Assembly: GCA_051313645.2 (NCBI GenBank)
Contig: JBNRSN020000017.1
Span: forward strand, 16,554,001-16,618,000
From: Centroscyllium fabricii
Taxonomy: Eukaryota
Reading direction: 5' to 3'
DNA: 64,000 nt
A program made the translations under genes and the position numbers. The first letter of the stretch is position 1. Each line of letters starts with the position of its first letter. Positions 1 through 10,818 of the stretch are shown here, in pieces. Below the pieces are notes generated by a model. The model saw only the letters and a list, made by a program, of their open reading frames with translations, did not search any database and had not been told where the DNA came from.

Positions 1-1191
1 AAGTATCACAGCCCTTAAGGGGAGTGCAGACTCTACCAATATATAACATGTGGCATCAAGGAGCCCTAGCAAAGCTGAAGTCAATGGGAATCAAGGGGAA
101 GACTCTCCATTGGTTGGAATCATACCTAGCACAAAGGAAGTTGGCTGTGGTTGTTGGAGGTCATTCATCTCAACCACAGGACATCACTGCAGGAGTTCCT
201 CAGGGCAGTGTCCTAGGCCCAACCATCTTCAGCTGTTTCATCAATGACCTTCCCTCCATCATAAGGTCAGAAGTGGGGATGTTCGCTGATGATTGCACAC
301 TGTTCAGCACCATTCGAGACTCGTCAGATACTGACGCAGTCCGTGTCCATATGCAGCAAGACCTGGACAACATTCAGAGTTGGGCTGACAAGTGGCAAGT
401 AACATTCGCACCACACAAGTGCCAGGCAATGACCATCTCCAACAAGCGAGACTCTAACCATCTCCCCTTGACATTCAATAGCATTATCATCGCTGAATCC
501 GCCACTATCAACATCCTGGGGGTTACCATTGATCAGAAACTGAACTGGACCAGCCATATAAATACTGTGGCTACAAGAGCAGGCCAGAGGCTGGGAATTC
601 TGTGGCGAGTGTCTCACCTCCTGACTCCTCAAAGCCTTTCCACCATCTACAAGGCACAAGTCAGGAGTGTGATGGAATACTCTCCACTTGCCTGGATGAG
701 TGCAGCTCCAACAACACTCAAGAAGCTTGACACCATTCAGGATAAAGCAGGCCGCTTGATTGGCACTCCATCCACCACCTTCAACATTCACTCCCTCCAC
801 CACCGGCGCACTGTGGCTGCAGTGTGTACCATCTACAAGATGCACTGCAGCAACTCGCCAAAGCTCCTTCAACAGCACCTTCCAAACCCGCGACCTCTAC
901 CACTTAGAAGGACAAGGGCAGCAGATGCATGGGAACAGCACCACCTACAAGTTCCCCTCCAAGCCACACAACATCCTGACTTGGACCTGTATCGCCGCTC
1001 CTTCACTGTCGCTGGGCCAAAATCCTGGAACTCCCTTCCGAACAACATTGTGGGTGTACCTGCACCATATGGACTGCAGCAGTTCAAGAAGGCGGCTCAC
1101 CACCATCTTCTCAAGGGCAATTGGGGATGGGCACTAAATGCAGGCCTAGCCAGCCAGCGACGCCCACATCCCATCAGTGGATTTTAAAAAA
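1..1191 (+). mobile_element. Non-LTR retrotransposon 3' portion (CR1/L2-group LINE): RT domain and 3' tail
   Basis: ORF 24-1187 has RT motifs [20 protein letters not shown] and W..KWQVTFAPHKC, plus C-terminal YKAQVRSVMEY. It frameshifts near the end. The tail ...gcgacgcccacatcccatcagtggattttaaaaaa follows. Confidence 0.9.
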
Positions 1192-2009
1192 TGTCCTCTT
1201 TCTGTGCTGTTATGACTCGATGACTCATGACTCGATGTAAGCTCCCTCAGGCAAACTCAGCAACCTTTCCCAATTACTGCCATCTCACTGTTTAAACAGA
1301 AAGATTTAAGAAAGAAATGGATAGAATAAAAGAGATTAATGTCGATGCCAATTTGTGGTAATTGATTTTTGAAAGAGAGCGCACTGGAGAGAACCTCTGT
1401 CTGTAGGTGACCTGGAGATGGTACGTGTCATGTTCAGAGGCTGCCCATTGTCCTGGGCCATTCTGAACATGTAGTTTTCCAGTTTATTTTAATAATACAA
1501 GCGACTGAAGAATAGATCAGATGCAGGCTTTACAAGGAAACACCCCTCCAGCCCAGTAATTGAACCAGGTGCAGCTAATTGGCTTTTGACATGCTGGCCA
1601 TCAGGCAATTGGTTGTTGCCTGGAGACCAGCTCGGCCAGTCACTGGAGAGGAACTGGAAGAGTGGGTGATTGGAAGTGTCGTAGGAGGGGGATGCAGGCT
1701 CCCAGCAGACATTGAATGAAGAGCAAATTATAAACACAATGCTTTGAAAAATGCCCCATACATGGATAGTAATATAATTGGCTCAATGTCCCTGAAGGGC
1801 TGATTGGTGTTCTCTACTGCAGTTGGGCTATTAATGAGCCTCTCGGAGCTGGTAATGACCTTAATACACCAGAGAGCGATCATTTAGTTACATTATTTTA
1901 TACTCCCCGGGCTGTTGGTTCACTAAAAATATGGAGTGCAGTTTTTCCACCCCAAGACTAGAAGAAAGTAACTGTTGTTAAGTTTGATTGTGCTGCAATC
2001 CCAGTTCAG

Positions 2010-2600
2010 TGATGGACTCTGTACTGAGAACCATGTGGCACAGGTAAGCTGAGAGAGAGCGTGACTCTGTACTGGGACTCATGTAGCACAGGTGAGCTGA
2101 GAGAGAGTGTGACTCTGTACAGGGAACCATGTAGCACAGGTGAGCTGAGAGAGAGAGTGACTCTGTACTGGGAACCATATAGCACAGGTGAGCTGAGAGA
2201 GAGAGTGTGACTCTGTAATAATAATAATTCAACTTTATTGTCATTATACAATGTACAAGTACATGAACAACGAAATGTGATCTTGCAAGCTCCCAAGAGT
2301 CCAGCAAAGCCGCTGCGTCTGTGCGCGCCACCATTCCATCTTTCCATCATTCCCACAATCTTCAGCCAACCGCCCCTCCCCGGGGCTCCTTTCGTGACCT
2401 TCTGCACCTGGTATTCCCTGGCGGTCACCCATCCAAGTACTAACCAGGCCTGGCTCTGCTTAGCTTCCAAGCCTTGCCAGTGACCCTGTCCCTAGTCCCA
2501 GGAACAGGGATGTACTGGGAACCATGTAGTCCAGGTGAGCTGAGCGAGAGTGTGACTCTGTACTGGGAACCATGTAGCACAGGTGAGCCGAGAGAGAGCT
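2010..2600. repeat. Minisatellite with a ~45-47 bp unit (gtgactctgtactgggaaccatgtagcacaggtgagctgagagagag), interrupted by a SINE
   Basis: About 4.5 units at 2010-2217, about 2 at 2511-2600, and a remnant near 2826-2850. Confidence 0.9.
2218..2510 (-). mobile_element. 5S rRNA-derived SINE (SINE3-like) with a LINE-type 3' tail
   Basis: Minus strand 2471-2398 reads cttggaagctaagcagagccaggcctggttagtacttggatgggtgaccgccagggaataccaggtgcagaagg, matching the 3' part of 5S rRNA (internal control region). It ends in atttcgttgt...aatgacaataaagttgaa(tta)n. Candidate TSD TGTA at 2214-2217 and 2511-2514. Confidence 0.8.
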
Positions 2601-2826
2601 CACAATATATATACACGCAATACATCTGTAAAAGGTTACAGATGTATTGTGTGTATATATATATAAATATACTGTACATATGTACAGGGGCATATCTGCC
2701 CATACATTGTATACCTGTATCTATGCATTTTAACTATGTATGTTATGTTTTATACTTTGGCAACATAGGGATGTATCCTGTCATGCCAATAAAGTTTTTT
2801 AAATTGAAAAATTGAATTGAAAATTG
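2601..2826 (+). mobile_element. 5'-truncated LINE 3' tail inserted in a GA run (clade uncertain)
   Basis: AT-rich segment ending gtcatgccAATAAAg...aattgaattgaaaattg, flanked by gagagag of the minisatellite unit. Confidence 0.45.
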
Positions 2827-2879
2827 AGAGAGCATGGCTCTGTACTGGGAAGCAAGGGTGCCAACTGAAGAAATATGCT

Positions 2880-3012
2880 CAAGCTATTGGTCATCTTCCC
2901 AACATCTCCTTATGTGGCTCGGTGTTAAATTTTGTTTTATGACACTCCTGTGAAGCACCTTGGGACATTTTACTAAGTTAAAGGCACTGTATAAATGCAA
3001 GTTGTTGTTGTT
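2880..3012 (+). mobile_element. L2-type LINE 3' tail
   Basis: ctcctgtgaagcaccttgggacattttactaagttaaaggcactgtataaatgcaag(ttg)n; the same tail occurs at 45290-45360 (-) and 51645-51712 (+). Confidence 0.7.
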
Positions 3013-4329
3013 GGAGTGAAATCCATGTCATTATTTACTGACAACAGAAACAGGCCCTGTGCTTGTCCCATGACCCAGTTTTGGTCCGATTTGCACTGGC
3101 AATAAGTGTGGGGCCTGTAGCTGCTATCCTGGGTTTAATTATACAGACTAATGGACTGTTCCAGGAATTCCAATTAAACAGATGTAGCCCTTTGTGTTTG
3201 AAGAAAAGCGACTTGGGATTTAGCTCATGTCGGGGAAGAGATAAGCCGCCTGCATTGTATGTAATGAACAATGGAACAACATGATTTATTTTCTTTATTC
3301 ATTCTTTAATGGTACAGAGTTATTCTAAAACATTGCTTGCTATTGAAGGCCATTGCAAGTATTAACCCCTATAGACTGTCGTATAGATTTTTGGTGATCA
3401 CCATATGGCCCAGAGATCATTAGTAGTCAACATGTCTTTGGCCTTTGGCTCTCGGCAGTCTTGTTGCTTGATGTTTCTCTGAGCCTCTTGTTGAACTCCA
3501 CAACGCTCCCTGACTAGACTCCTTCAGGTTGGGTCCAGAGGTGCACAGCCCCATTATTCTGCTTGACTCCGAGCTGAACCTTCTATCCTACATCCGGGAG
3601 GCTGCCTCTTTCACCTCTGCAACGTTGGCCGCTTCTCCCTCTACCTCGCTTAATCTGCTGTCGTTTGACAAACTCCCTCCCCCCTCCATCTGCCCCCTTC
3701 ACAAACCTCAGCTATTCCCGAGCTCTGTGACCCGCTGCCCCCTCCCACTCCAAGGCCCGCACTTCCGTCATCTCCCATCCTCACCCAGCTACACGGGCTC
3801 CTTGTGCCCCAGCCAATCAACTTCAAGACCTTTGAGCTCATGTTCCAATCCTTCCGGGGCCTCGCTGCACCTTCTTTTGATCGTCCCCTCTGGCTATACA
3901 TCCCAGCCGGCAACCTCCCTTCCTCTGACTCCAGGTTTTTCAGTGACCCCCTCCCCTCCCCCTCGGTCTTTGAGCCATTATGCTGTTGTCCTCAGAAACT
4001 CTTGTTGAAACTGTTGAGTCCGTGCTATGTGTCTCATAGAACAACGGACTAGACTCCAAGGTATAAAACAAGGAGGTGTTTATTCTTCAATTACAGAGTC
4101 TGGAACTGAGCATATCGCTCCACGTACGAACTTATATACACTTGTGGTAGACTGCGGTACTGCAGTATTACGGCATTACACAAAGCAGTGTCCAGTAGAA
4201 TTACTTAAAGGCACATACACAACATTCCTCCCCTCTTAATTTACCTTTACGGTTACAATGCTTCAGAATACGAGGTGAATAACAATTAATGATTTTTACA
4301 ACAGTAGTATATGTACATGTTCTAGTTAT

Positions 4330-7300
4330 GTTTAAAGGTTCAGTCTCTGGGGGGTCTGCTGTCTCTAGCCGGATACTGTCTTATAACGACTGGTGTGGTC
4401 GTGGTCCTTGGTGACTCACTATCAACGTCTACATCCGGTAGACTGTCCTCAAGCGCCTCGTCTTCTGTGGTAGTGTCCTGGGAGATCGTCTGTTCCGTCG
4501 GTACCGTTGTCTGAGGCAACTCTTTAGTGGCTACCGGTCCGTAGCCTTCACGATTTGATCAGCGTGTCTTCTAATTTGCCCCTCTGGTGTGTCCACAGTG
4601 TACGATAATGGCCCTTGTCGGTGGCTGATAGTTCCGGCCTGCCATTTATCGTTTCGATAGTCACGGGCCATTACAGCTTGACCCACTTCGAAGCTCCAGG
4701 TTTCCCTGTCAGAAGCTCTTTGGAACACTCTGTTTTCCACATCTCATCTGATGTTAGGTTGTAACAGATCCAGTCTGTTGCGTAATCTCCTATTAAAAAA
4801 CAAAACTGCAGGCGCTTGGTTAGTTATTGCGTGGGCAACGTTGCGGTACGCAAATAGGAAATTATCGATTTTGTGTTGTAAATCCAACTTTCCTCCCCCC
4901 ATGGCCTTGATGGCCTTTTTGAATGTCTGGACGAACCTTTCAGCCAATCCATTAGTGGCCGGGTGATGCGGCGCTGATCTATAATGCCGTATTCCGTTCC
5001 TTTTTAAGAACGATTGGAACTCTTCAGAAACGAATTGAGGTCTGTTATCTGAGCAGATTTGTTCAGGGACGCTATTTCTGGCGAACATGGTCCGGAGAAC
5101 TGTGACTGTCTTCTCCGCTGTGGTGGAGGACATTTTTATTACCTCTGGCCATTTGGAATGTGCGTCCACTACCACAAGGCCGTGTGATACATTTCTAAAG
5201 GATCTTGTTGTCCCCCTCTCCTGTTTCTGGCAGGGGTAACCGAGACAGGCCATCCGCATTGCCATGCCGTTTGGTTCCCTTATGTTCAATTGTGTACTGG
5301 TGTGCACCCAAGAACAATGCCCATCACTGTAGCCTCTGAGCCATCATCTGGGGTACCCATTTTTCCGGGTGAAATATCGAGACCAAGGGTTGGTGATCAG
5401 TTAATAAAGTGAATTTTTGCCCATGTAAGTAGTGATGGAACTTTTTCACTCCCCACACGAGGCTGAGTGCATCTCGGTCTATCTGGGCGTAATTTTTCTC
5501 TGCTGTAGTGAGTGATTTAGACGCAAATGCGATTGGTCTTTCTGAACCATCTCGACATTTGTGTGATAGCACCACCCCAATGCCATACGGGGATGCATCA
5601 CATGCCAATCTTATGGGTAAGCTGGGATCAAAATGGACCAACACCTCTTTGGAGGTGATCATGTTTTTACTTTTCTGAAAAGCTGCCTCACAGGTTTTCT
5701 CCCACCTCCAGGGTGTTCCCGCTTGGAGTAGTGCATTCAGTGGATATAGCACTGTTGACAAGTTGGGTAGGAACTTGTGGTAATAATTTATGAGGCCCAG
5801 GAATGACCATAACTGTGAAACATTTTCTGGGTGTGGGGCATTTATAACGGCCGCAATCTTGTCTGGCGATTTATGGAGACCCTCACTATCTATCTCGTGT
5901 CTGCAATATGAAATGCGGTCCTTGAAGAATTTGCACTTTTGTTTGCTGGCCCGCAGACCATACTCATTTAGTCTCTCTAATACCGTTTCTAGATTGGCCA
6001 AATGTTCCCCATCCGTTTTTCCCATTACTAGAATGTCATCCAGGTAGCATTGTGTCCCTGGAATACCTTGCAATACCTGGTCCATGGCCCTCTGCCATAT
6101 GGCTGGAGCTGACGCAATCCCGAATACCATTCAGTTGTATTGGTATAGCCCTTTGTGTGTATTAATGGTCAGCAGCTTCCTGGAATCCTGTTCCACCTCC
6201 ATCTGCAAGTATGCTTGCGAAAGGTCAATCTTACTAAAGCGTTTCCCACCTGCTAAAGAAGCAAAAATGTCTTCAATTCTTGGTAATTGTCACAGGGTGC
6301 CTGTTCCTTTAAGAATGAGAAACAGTTTTTGTGGTGCTTCACAGCTGTTTTGAGGACTGGGTTCCCTTGTTATGTCATTAATTGTTCTATTATCTGTCTA
6401 TTGCTAGTTGTGTCCTGCTCTCATTGCCTCCAAGTTATTGGCTATCACCAAATGGTTTGCTTGCTGGTTTTAGTTCATAAACTAGAGGTAGGCTTGAGAG
6501 CAGCGCGGGATCATTGTATTGCATTGTATTGTAATGTGTTACTGAACTGGACTTCTACCACACATTCTTCAGGCCACTGGACGAAGTGGTTCCTGCTGCT
6601 GAGCTGAGTGGCCGTCAGAGGCAAGGAGGTTGGAGATCGACTGACTCAGTCTTTACTTTGCACTCTGCTATTTCAGGTGCTCAGGCTGAGTTGCCCGACA
6701 GGGGCATTGGGGTGGAACTCATATCACTCTGCCTTGACAGTGCGCCCTGCCTATCGGGAACCCAGCAATGGACAACTCATATGTGGAGTAAGGGCGTTCC
6801 CCTGCTTGTGGATCTGAATCCACTACTTGGACATTCGTTTCTTCATCCGAATCCAGGTTTGGACATTTGATACCTGTATGCAGAAGCTGTTCCCAAATCC
6901 TCTACGAAGTATTTGGATTGTGATGTCATACTCGCAGAGGAGGACTTGTTCGTTTCTCTTTAAGTATTTGGATTGTGGTTGTCCTGCTTCTAGAGGAGAG
7001 CTCGTTTAAGTTGGACAGTTATGCCTGGACTTGTATTCCTCGGGGGAATGACGCGCTTGGTTGCGTGGCACCCTTCTATCCATTACTCACTATTTTGGGA
7101 AGTCTGTGCCAGTCTTTAGATAAGACTTGTGTTCAATATGTGTCTTATATATTTGTATGTTTATGCTATTTTATGGGGTTGTGTAATAAAGGAGTTTAGT
7201 TATATAAGATGTTTCAGTGTCTCTGCATTTGGGCCCCGCCTTCATTCCGTTTACACCTAACCGTTACAGAATGATCCCGCCAAATTTGGGGCTCAGCAGA

Positions 7301-9951
7301 CACTGTAGCGTCTATGCACTCCTTAAAAATTTTTTTTGTAGACTGTTGTCTCTTCTCTGTACCCTCCACCCACCCTATTTCGGTATATTGGGTATTTGGG
7401 CCGTCGCTGTCGGCCCTTAAGGGGGGGGGTCCTGTCACAGGGTGCCTGTTCCTTTAAGAATGAGAAACAGTTTTTGTGGTGCTTCACAGCTGTTTTGAGG
7501 ACTGGGTTCCCTTGTTATGTCATTAATTGTTCTATTATCTGTCTATTGCTAGTTGTGTCCTGCTCTCATTGCCTCCAAGTTATTGGCTATCACCAAATGG
7601 TTTGCTTGCTGGTTTTAGTTCATAAACTAGAGGTAGGCTTGAGAGCAGCGCGGGATCATTGTATTGCATTGTATTGTAATGTGTTACTGAACTGGACTTC
7701 TACCACACATTCTTCAGGCCACTGGACGAAGTGGTTCCTGCTGCTGAGCTGAGTGGCCGTCAGAGGCAAGGAGGTTGGAGATCGACTGACTCAGTCTTTA
7801 CTTTGCACTCTGCTATTTCAGGTGCTCAGGCTGAGTTGCCCGACAGGGGCATTGGGGTGGAACTCATATCACTCTGCCTTGACAGTGCGCCCTGCCTATC
7901 GGGAACCCAGCAATGGACAACTCATATGTGGAGTAAGGGCGTTCCCCTGCTTGTGGATCTGAATCCACTACTTGGACATTCGTTTCTTCATCCGAATCCA
8001 GGTTTGGACATTTGATACCTGTATGCAGAAGCTGTTCCCAAATCCTCTACGAAGTATTTGGATTGTGATGTCATACTCGCAGAGGAGGACTTGTTCGTTT
8101 CTCTTTAAGTATTTGGATTGTGGTTGTCCTGCTTCTAGAGGAGAGCTCGTTTAAGTTGGACAGTTATGCCTGGACTTGTATTCCTCGGGGGAATGACGCG
8201 CTTGGTTGCGTGGCACCCCTCTATCCATTACTCACTATTTTGGGAAGTCTGTGCCAGTCTTTAGATAAGACTTGTGTTCAATATGTGTCTTATATATTTG
8301 TATGTTTATGCTATTTTATGGGGTTGTGTAATAAAGGAGTTTAGTTATATAAGATGTTTCAGTGTCTCTGCATTTGGGCCCCGCCTTCATTCCGTTTACA
8401 CCTAACCGTTACAGTAATGGGTACTGTACAACCTTTAGAACAGGATTAATGGTCATTTTGAAGTCCCCGCAAATGCGGACTTTTTTCTGTTCACCCTCTT
8501 TTTTCTGTGTTCTTTTTATTACCGGCACTATGGGCGTTGCCCACTCGCTCTATTCGACCTTCGACAAGACCCCTTCTGATTCTAAGGCCTCTAATTCTGC
8601 CTCCACAGCCGGTCTTATGGCGTATGGTACCGGCCGTGCTTTTGCAAATATTGGTGTGGCCCCCTGTGCAATCATCACTTTAGCACTAATGTTCTTTAAT
8701 TTCCCCAGCCCAGGTTGGAAAACCTCTGGGTTTTTCTCTAATATTGTGGTTAGTCTCCCAGCCACCGATAGTTTATCGTCAGTCTTACTCAAAGTCTGGA
8801 GCTTGTTTATTGTACTCCAGTCGAGGTGAATCCTCCTGATCCATTCCCTCCCCAGAAGTGGCGATCCACCATCCCTCAGGACATATAGGTATAGTCCCTT
8901 TACTTCCTTGTCCTTATATTGGACTGTTACGGGCAGTCTCCCCATTGTCCGGAACTTCTGTCCCGTATATGTTTTTAATATAACCGGGGATTCTTCTAAA
9001 GGCACCCCTCTGAATGTCTTTCTGTAAACTTTCTCATTGATAACAGAGAGGGCTGACCCCGTATCTAATTCCATTGACATCTCAACTCCCGCAACCTTGA
9101 GGGGAACCCACATAATACTGCGATCTGTGGAATTGACCATATTGTGGACTTTGAGACTTCCGAGACCCCATTCTTCCCTATTTGAATTTTCTGATTCGTC
9201 ACCCGAACCATCTTCAGAGAGTTTGTGTACCTTCTTAGACCTGGTCTGTTTCTGTAATATTTTAGGTAGCTTCCCAGATCTGCAAACCGCTGTTATATGG
9301 CCTATCTTGCCGCACTGTTGACAATCCTTATCTTTAGCCCAACACTTGCTCTGGTCATGTGTGGTCTTGCTGCAGCGGTAGCACTTTTTAGTGCGGGTTG
9401 TAATTTCATGGGTATCATAGTAGATCCCCTTGTTCCTTATCTCTGCTGCCCCCACAGCAGCTACCTCATGTGCTGCTGCGATTTCTATCACCTGCTCTAG
9501 TGTGAGCGTCTTTTTGGCTAATAGTCTCTTTTGGGTAGATTCATCCAAAATTCCACACACAAATCTGTCCCTTAAGTTTGGCAGTTCATCCCCAAATACA
9601 CAGTTTTTAGACAGTCTTCTGAGTTCTGTTAGTTACTCTGAATGTGACTCTCCTTTTTGTTGGTCCCGTTTAAAGAAGTTGAAGCGTTCTGCTAGAAATG
9701 GTGGTTTGGGGTTTAAGTTTGCTTTTAAAATGTCTATAATCTGTTGTAGCGTTTTGCCCGCTGGCTTATCTGGGGACACCAGGGTTCTCAACAACCCGTA
9801 GGTTTCAGACCCCATTGCATTCAGCAGGGTGCTGGCTTTGTTTGCATCAGTGACTGCCTGTACTTGGCAATAAATGTCAAAGCGTTCCAGGTATGCCTCC
9901 CAGTCTTCCTTTCCTAGTTGGAAGGCCCCAAATGTGTTTGATTTTGCCATG
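4330..9951 (-). pseudogene. gag-pol pseudogene of the Gypsy element
   Basis: Gag start MAKSNTFGAF..EDWEAYLERF; two CCHC knuckles (CYRCSKTTHDQSKC, CQQCGKIGHITAVC); protease LDTGSA; RT YLDD; RNase H CDASPYGIG and TDHQPL; integrase VVDAHSKWPE, SDN and NGLAERFV. In-frame stops (e.g. 9633, 8550, 5324), the insertion at 6288-8413, and an apparent deletion of the integrase N-terminal (HHCC) region near 5180-5210. Confidence 0.93.
6288..8413 (+). mobile_element. Non-autonomous LTR retroelement (981-bp LTRs, 164-bp interior), probably derived from a sushi/Tf1-type chromovirus
   Basis: TG...CA direct repeats at 6288-7268 and 7433-8413, nearly identical. TSD GTAAT at 6283-6287 and 8414-8418. PPT aaggggggggg at 7419-7429. 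No tRNA PBS. It interrupts the host RT coding sequence (YPL|LPRIEDIF). Confidence 0.95.
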
Positions 9952-9974
9952 GTTAAATTTGCCGATGCTTCTCC

Positions 9975-10660
9975 TCCGGTGCTTTTCCCGCCACAAAATG
10001 GCATTTTCCGCCTTTTTGTTTCTCTTCCGGTGCTTTCCCCGCCTCAAAATGGCATTTTCCCGCCTTTCTGCTTCTCTTCCGGCGCTTTTCCCGCCTCAAA
10101 ATGGCGTTTTCCTGCCTTTTTCTTTCCTTCCCCGTTGAGTTTCCAATTACTCGCGATCGCTGGGAAGGATTGCGCTCTACCTGCACTCGCCCATTGTCCC
10201 GTGGCTGCAGGACCAAACCTGATCCTCGACAGCCTCCGTGTACGACTGCCTCTGCCGCATTGGCTCTCCTCTGTCGACGCCCAATGTCAGACTGCCGCTG
10301 CCGTTGTCTGCCTCGCGGCCGACGCCCGATGTCCGACTGCCACTGCCGTTGTCTGCCTCGCGGCCGACACCCGATGTCCGACTGCCGCTGCCGTTGTCTG
10401 CCTCGCGGCCGACGCCCGATGTCCGACTGTCGCTGCAGCACTGGCCCTGCCTCGAGGTCGACGTCCGATGTCCGACTGCCGTTGCTGGGCTGGGTCCCCG
10501 ATTTCTGCTGCCTCCTGCCACCGACGCTATTGCCAACGCTCCTCCCTGCGATGTTGAAGAGCTGGCTGTGCTGATAGTGCCAACGCTCCTCCCTTTGATG
10601 TTGGAGTGCTGGCTGTGCTGATAGTGCCAACGCCACTCCCGATGTTGGAGTGCTGGCTGT
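9975..10660. repeat. GC-rich tandem repeats in the Gypsy 5' leader
   Basis: A 45-bp unit (gccgacgcccgatgtccgactgccgctgccgttgtctgcctcgcg) about 4 times at 10275-10480; ~50-bp units (ccggtgcttttcccgcctcaaaatggcattttc) at 9975-10110; gctggctgtgctgatagtgccaacgc repeats at 10560-10660. Confidence 0.85.
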
Positions 10661-10807
10661 CTCTGTTCCCTCTGCGTCACTGGAGAATCGCTGCCGCTCC
10701 CTCTTTTGGAGTGCAGGGTGTGTCGTTGTAGTCAATGGTCACCGGTAAGAAAAATAATTTTCTTTCTTTTTCTTGTTGACCGATTACACTGCTGTGGATT
10801 CGACCGA

Positions 10808-10818
10808 CCTCGTCGCCA
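10808..10818 (-). promoter_or_regulatory. Primer-binding site, tRNA-Ser(GCU)-type
   Basis: TGGCGACGAGG lies just inside the 5' LTR and is complementary to the ...CCTCGTCGCCA 3' end of vertebrate tRNA-Ser(GCU) (recalled sequence). Confidence 0.8.

Noticed and set aside
2398-2471. Functional 5S rRNA gene
   Set aside because: The 5' ~45 nt are missing, the sequence is diverged, it has no oligo-T terminator, and it is embedded in a retroposed unit.
2010-2600. CRISPR-like array
   Set aside because: Units are head-to-tail with no unique spacers, there are no cas genes, and the context is eukaryotic.
6288-8413. Assembly artefact or simple tandem duplication
   Set aside because: TG…CA ends, a 5-bp TSD, a unique interior with a PPT, and restoration of the host RT sequence on removal all indicate a true LTR insertion.
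9874-10735. Several overlapping 120-260 aa ORFs
   Set aside because: They arise from GC-rich tandem repeats in the Gypsy leader.
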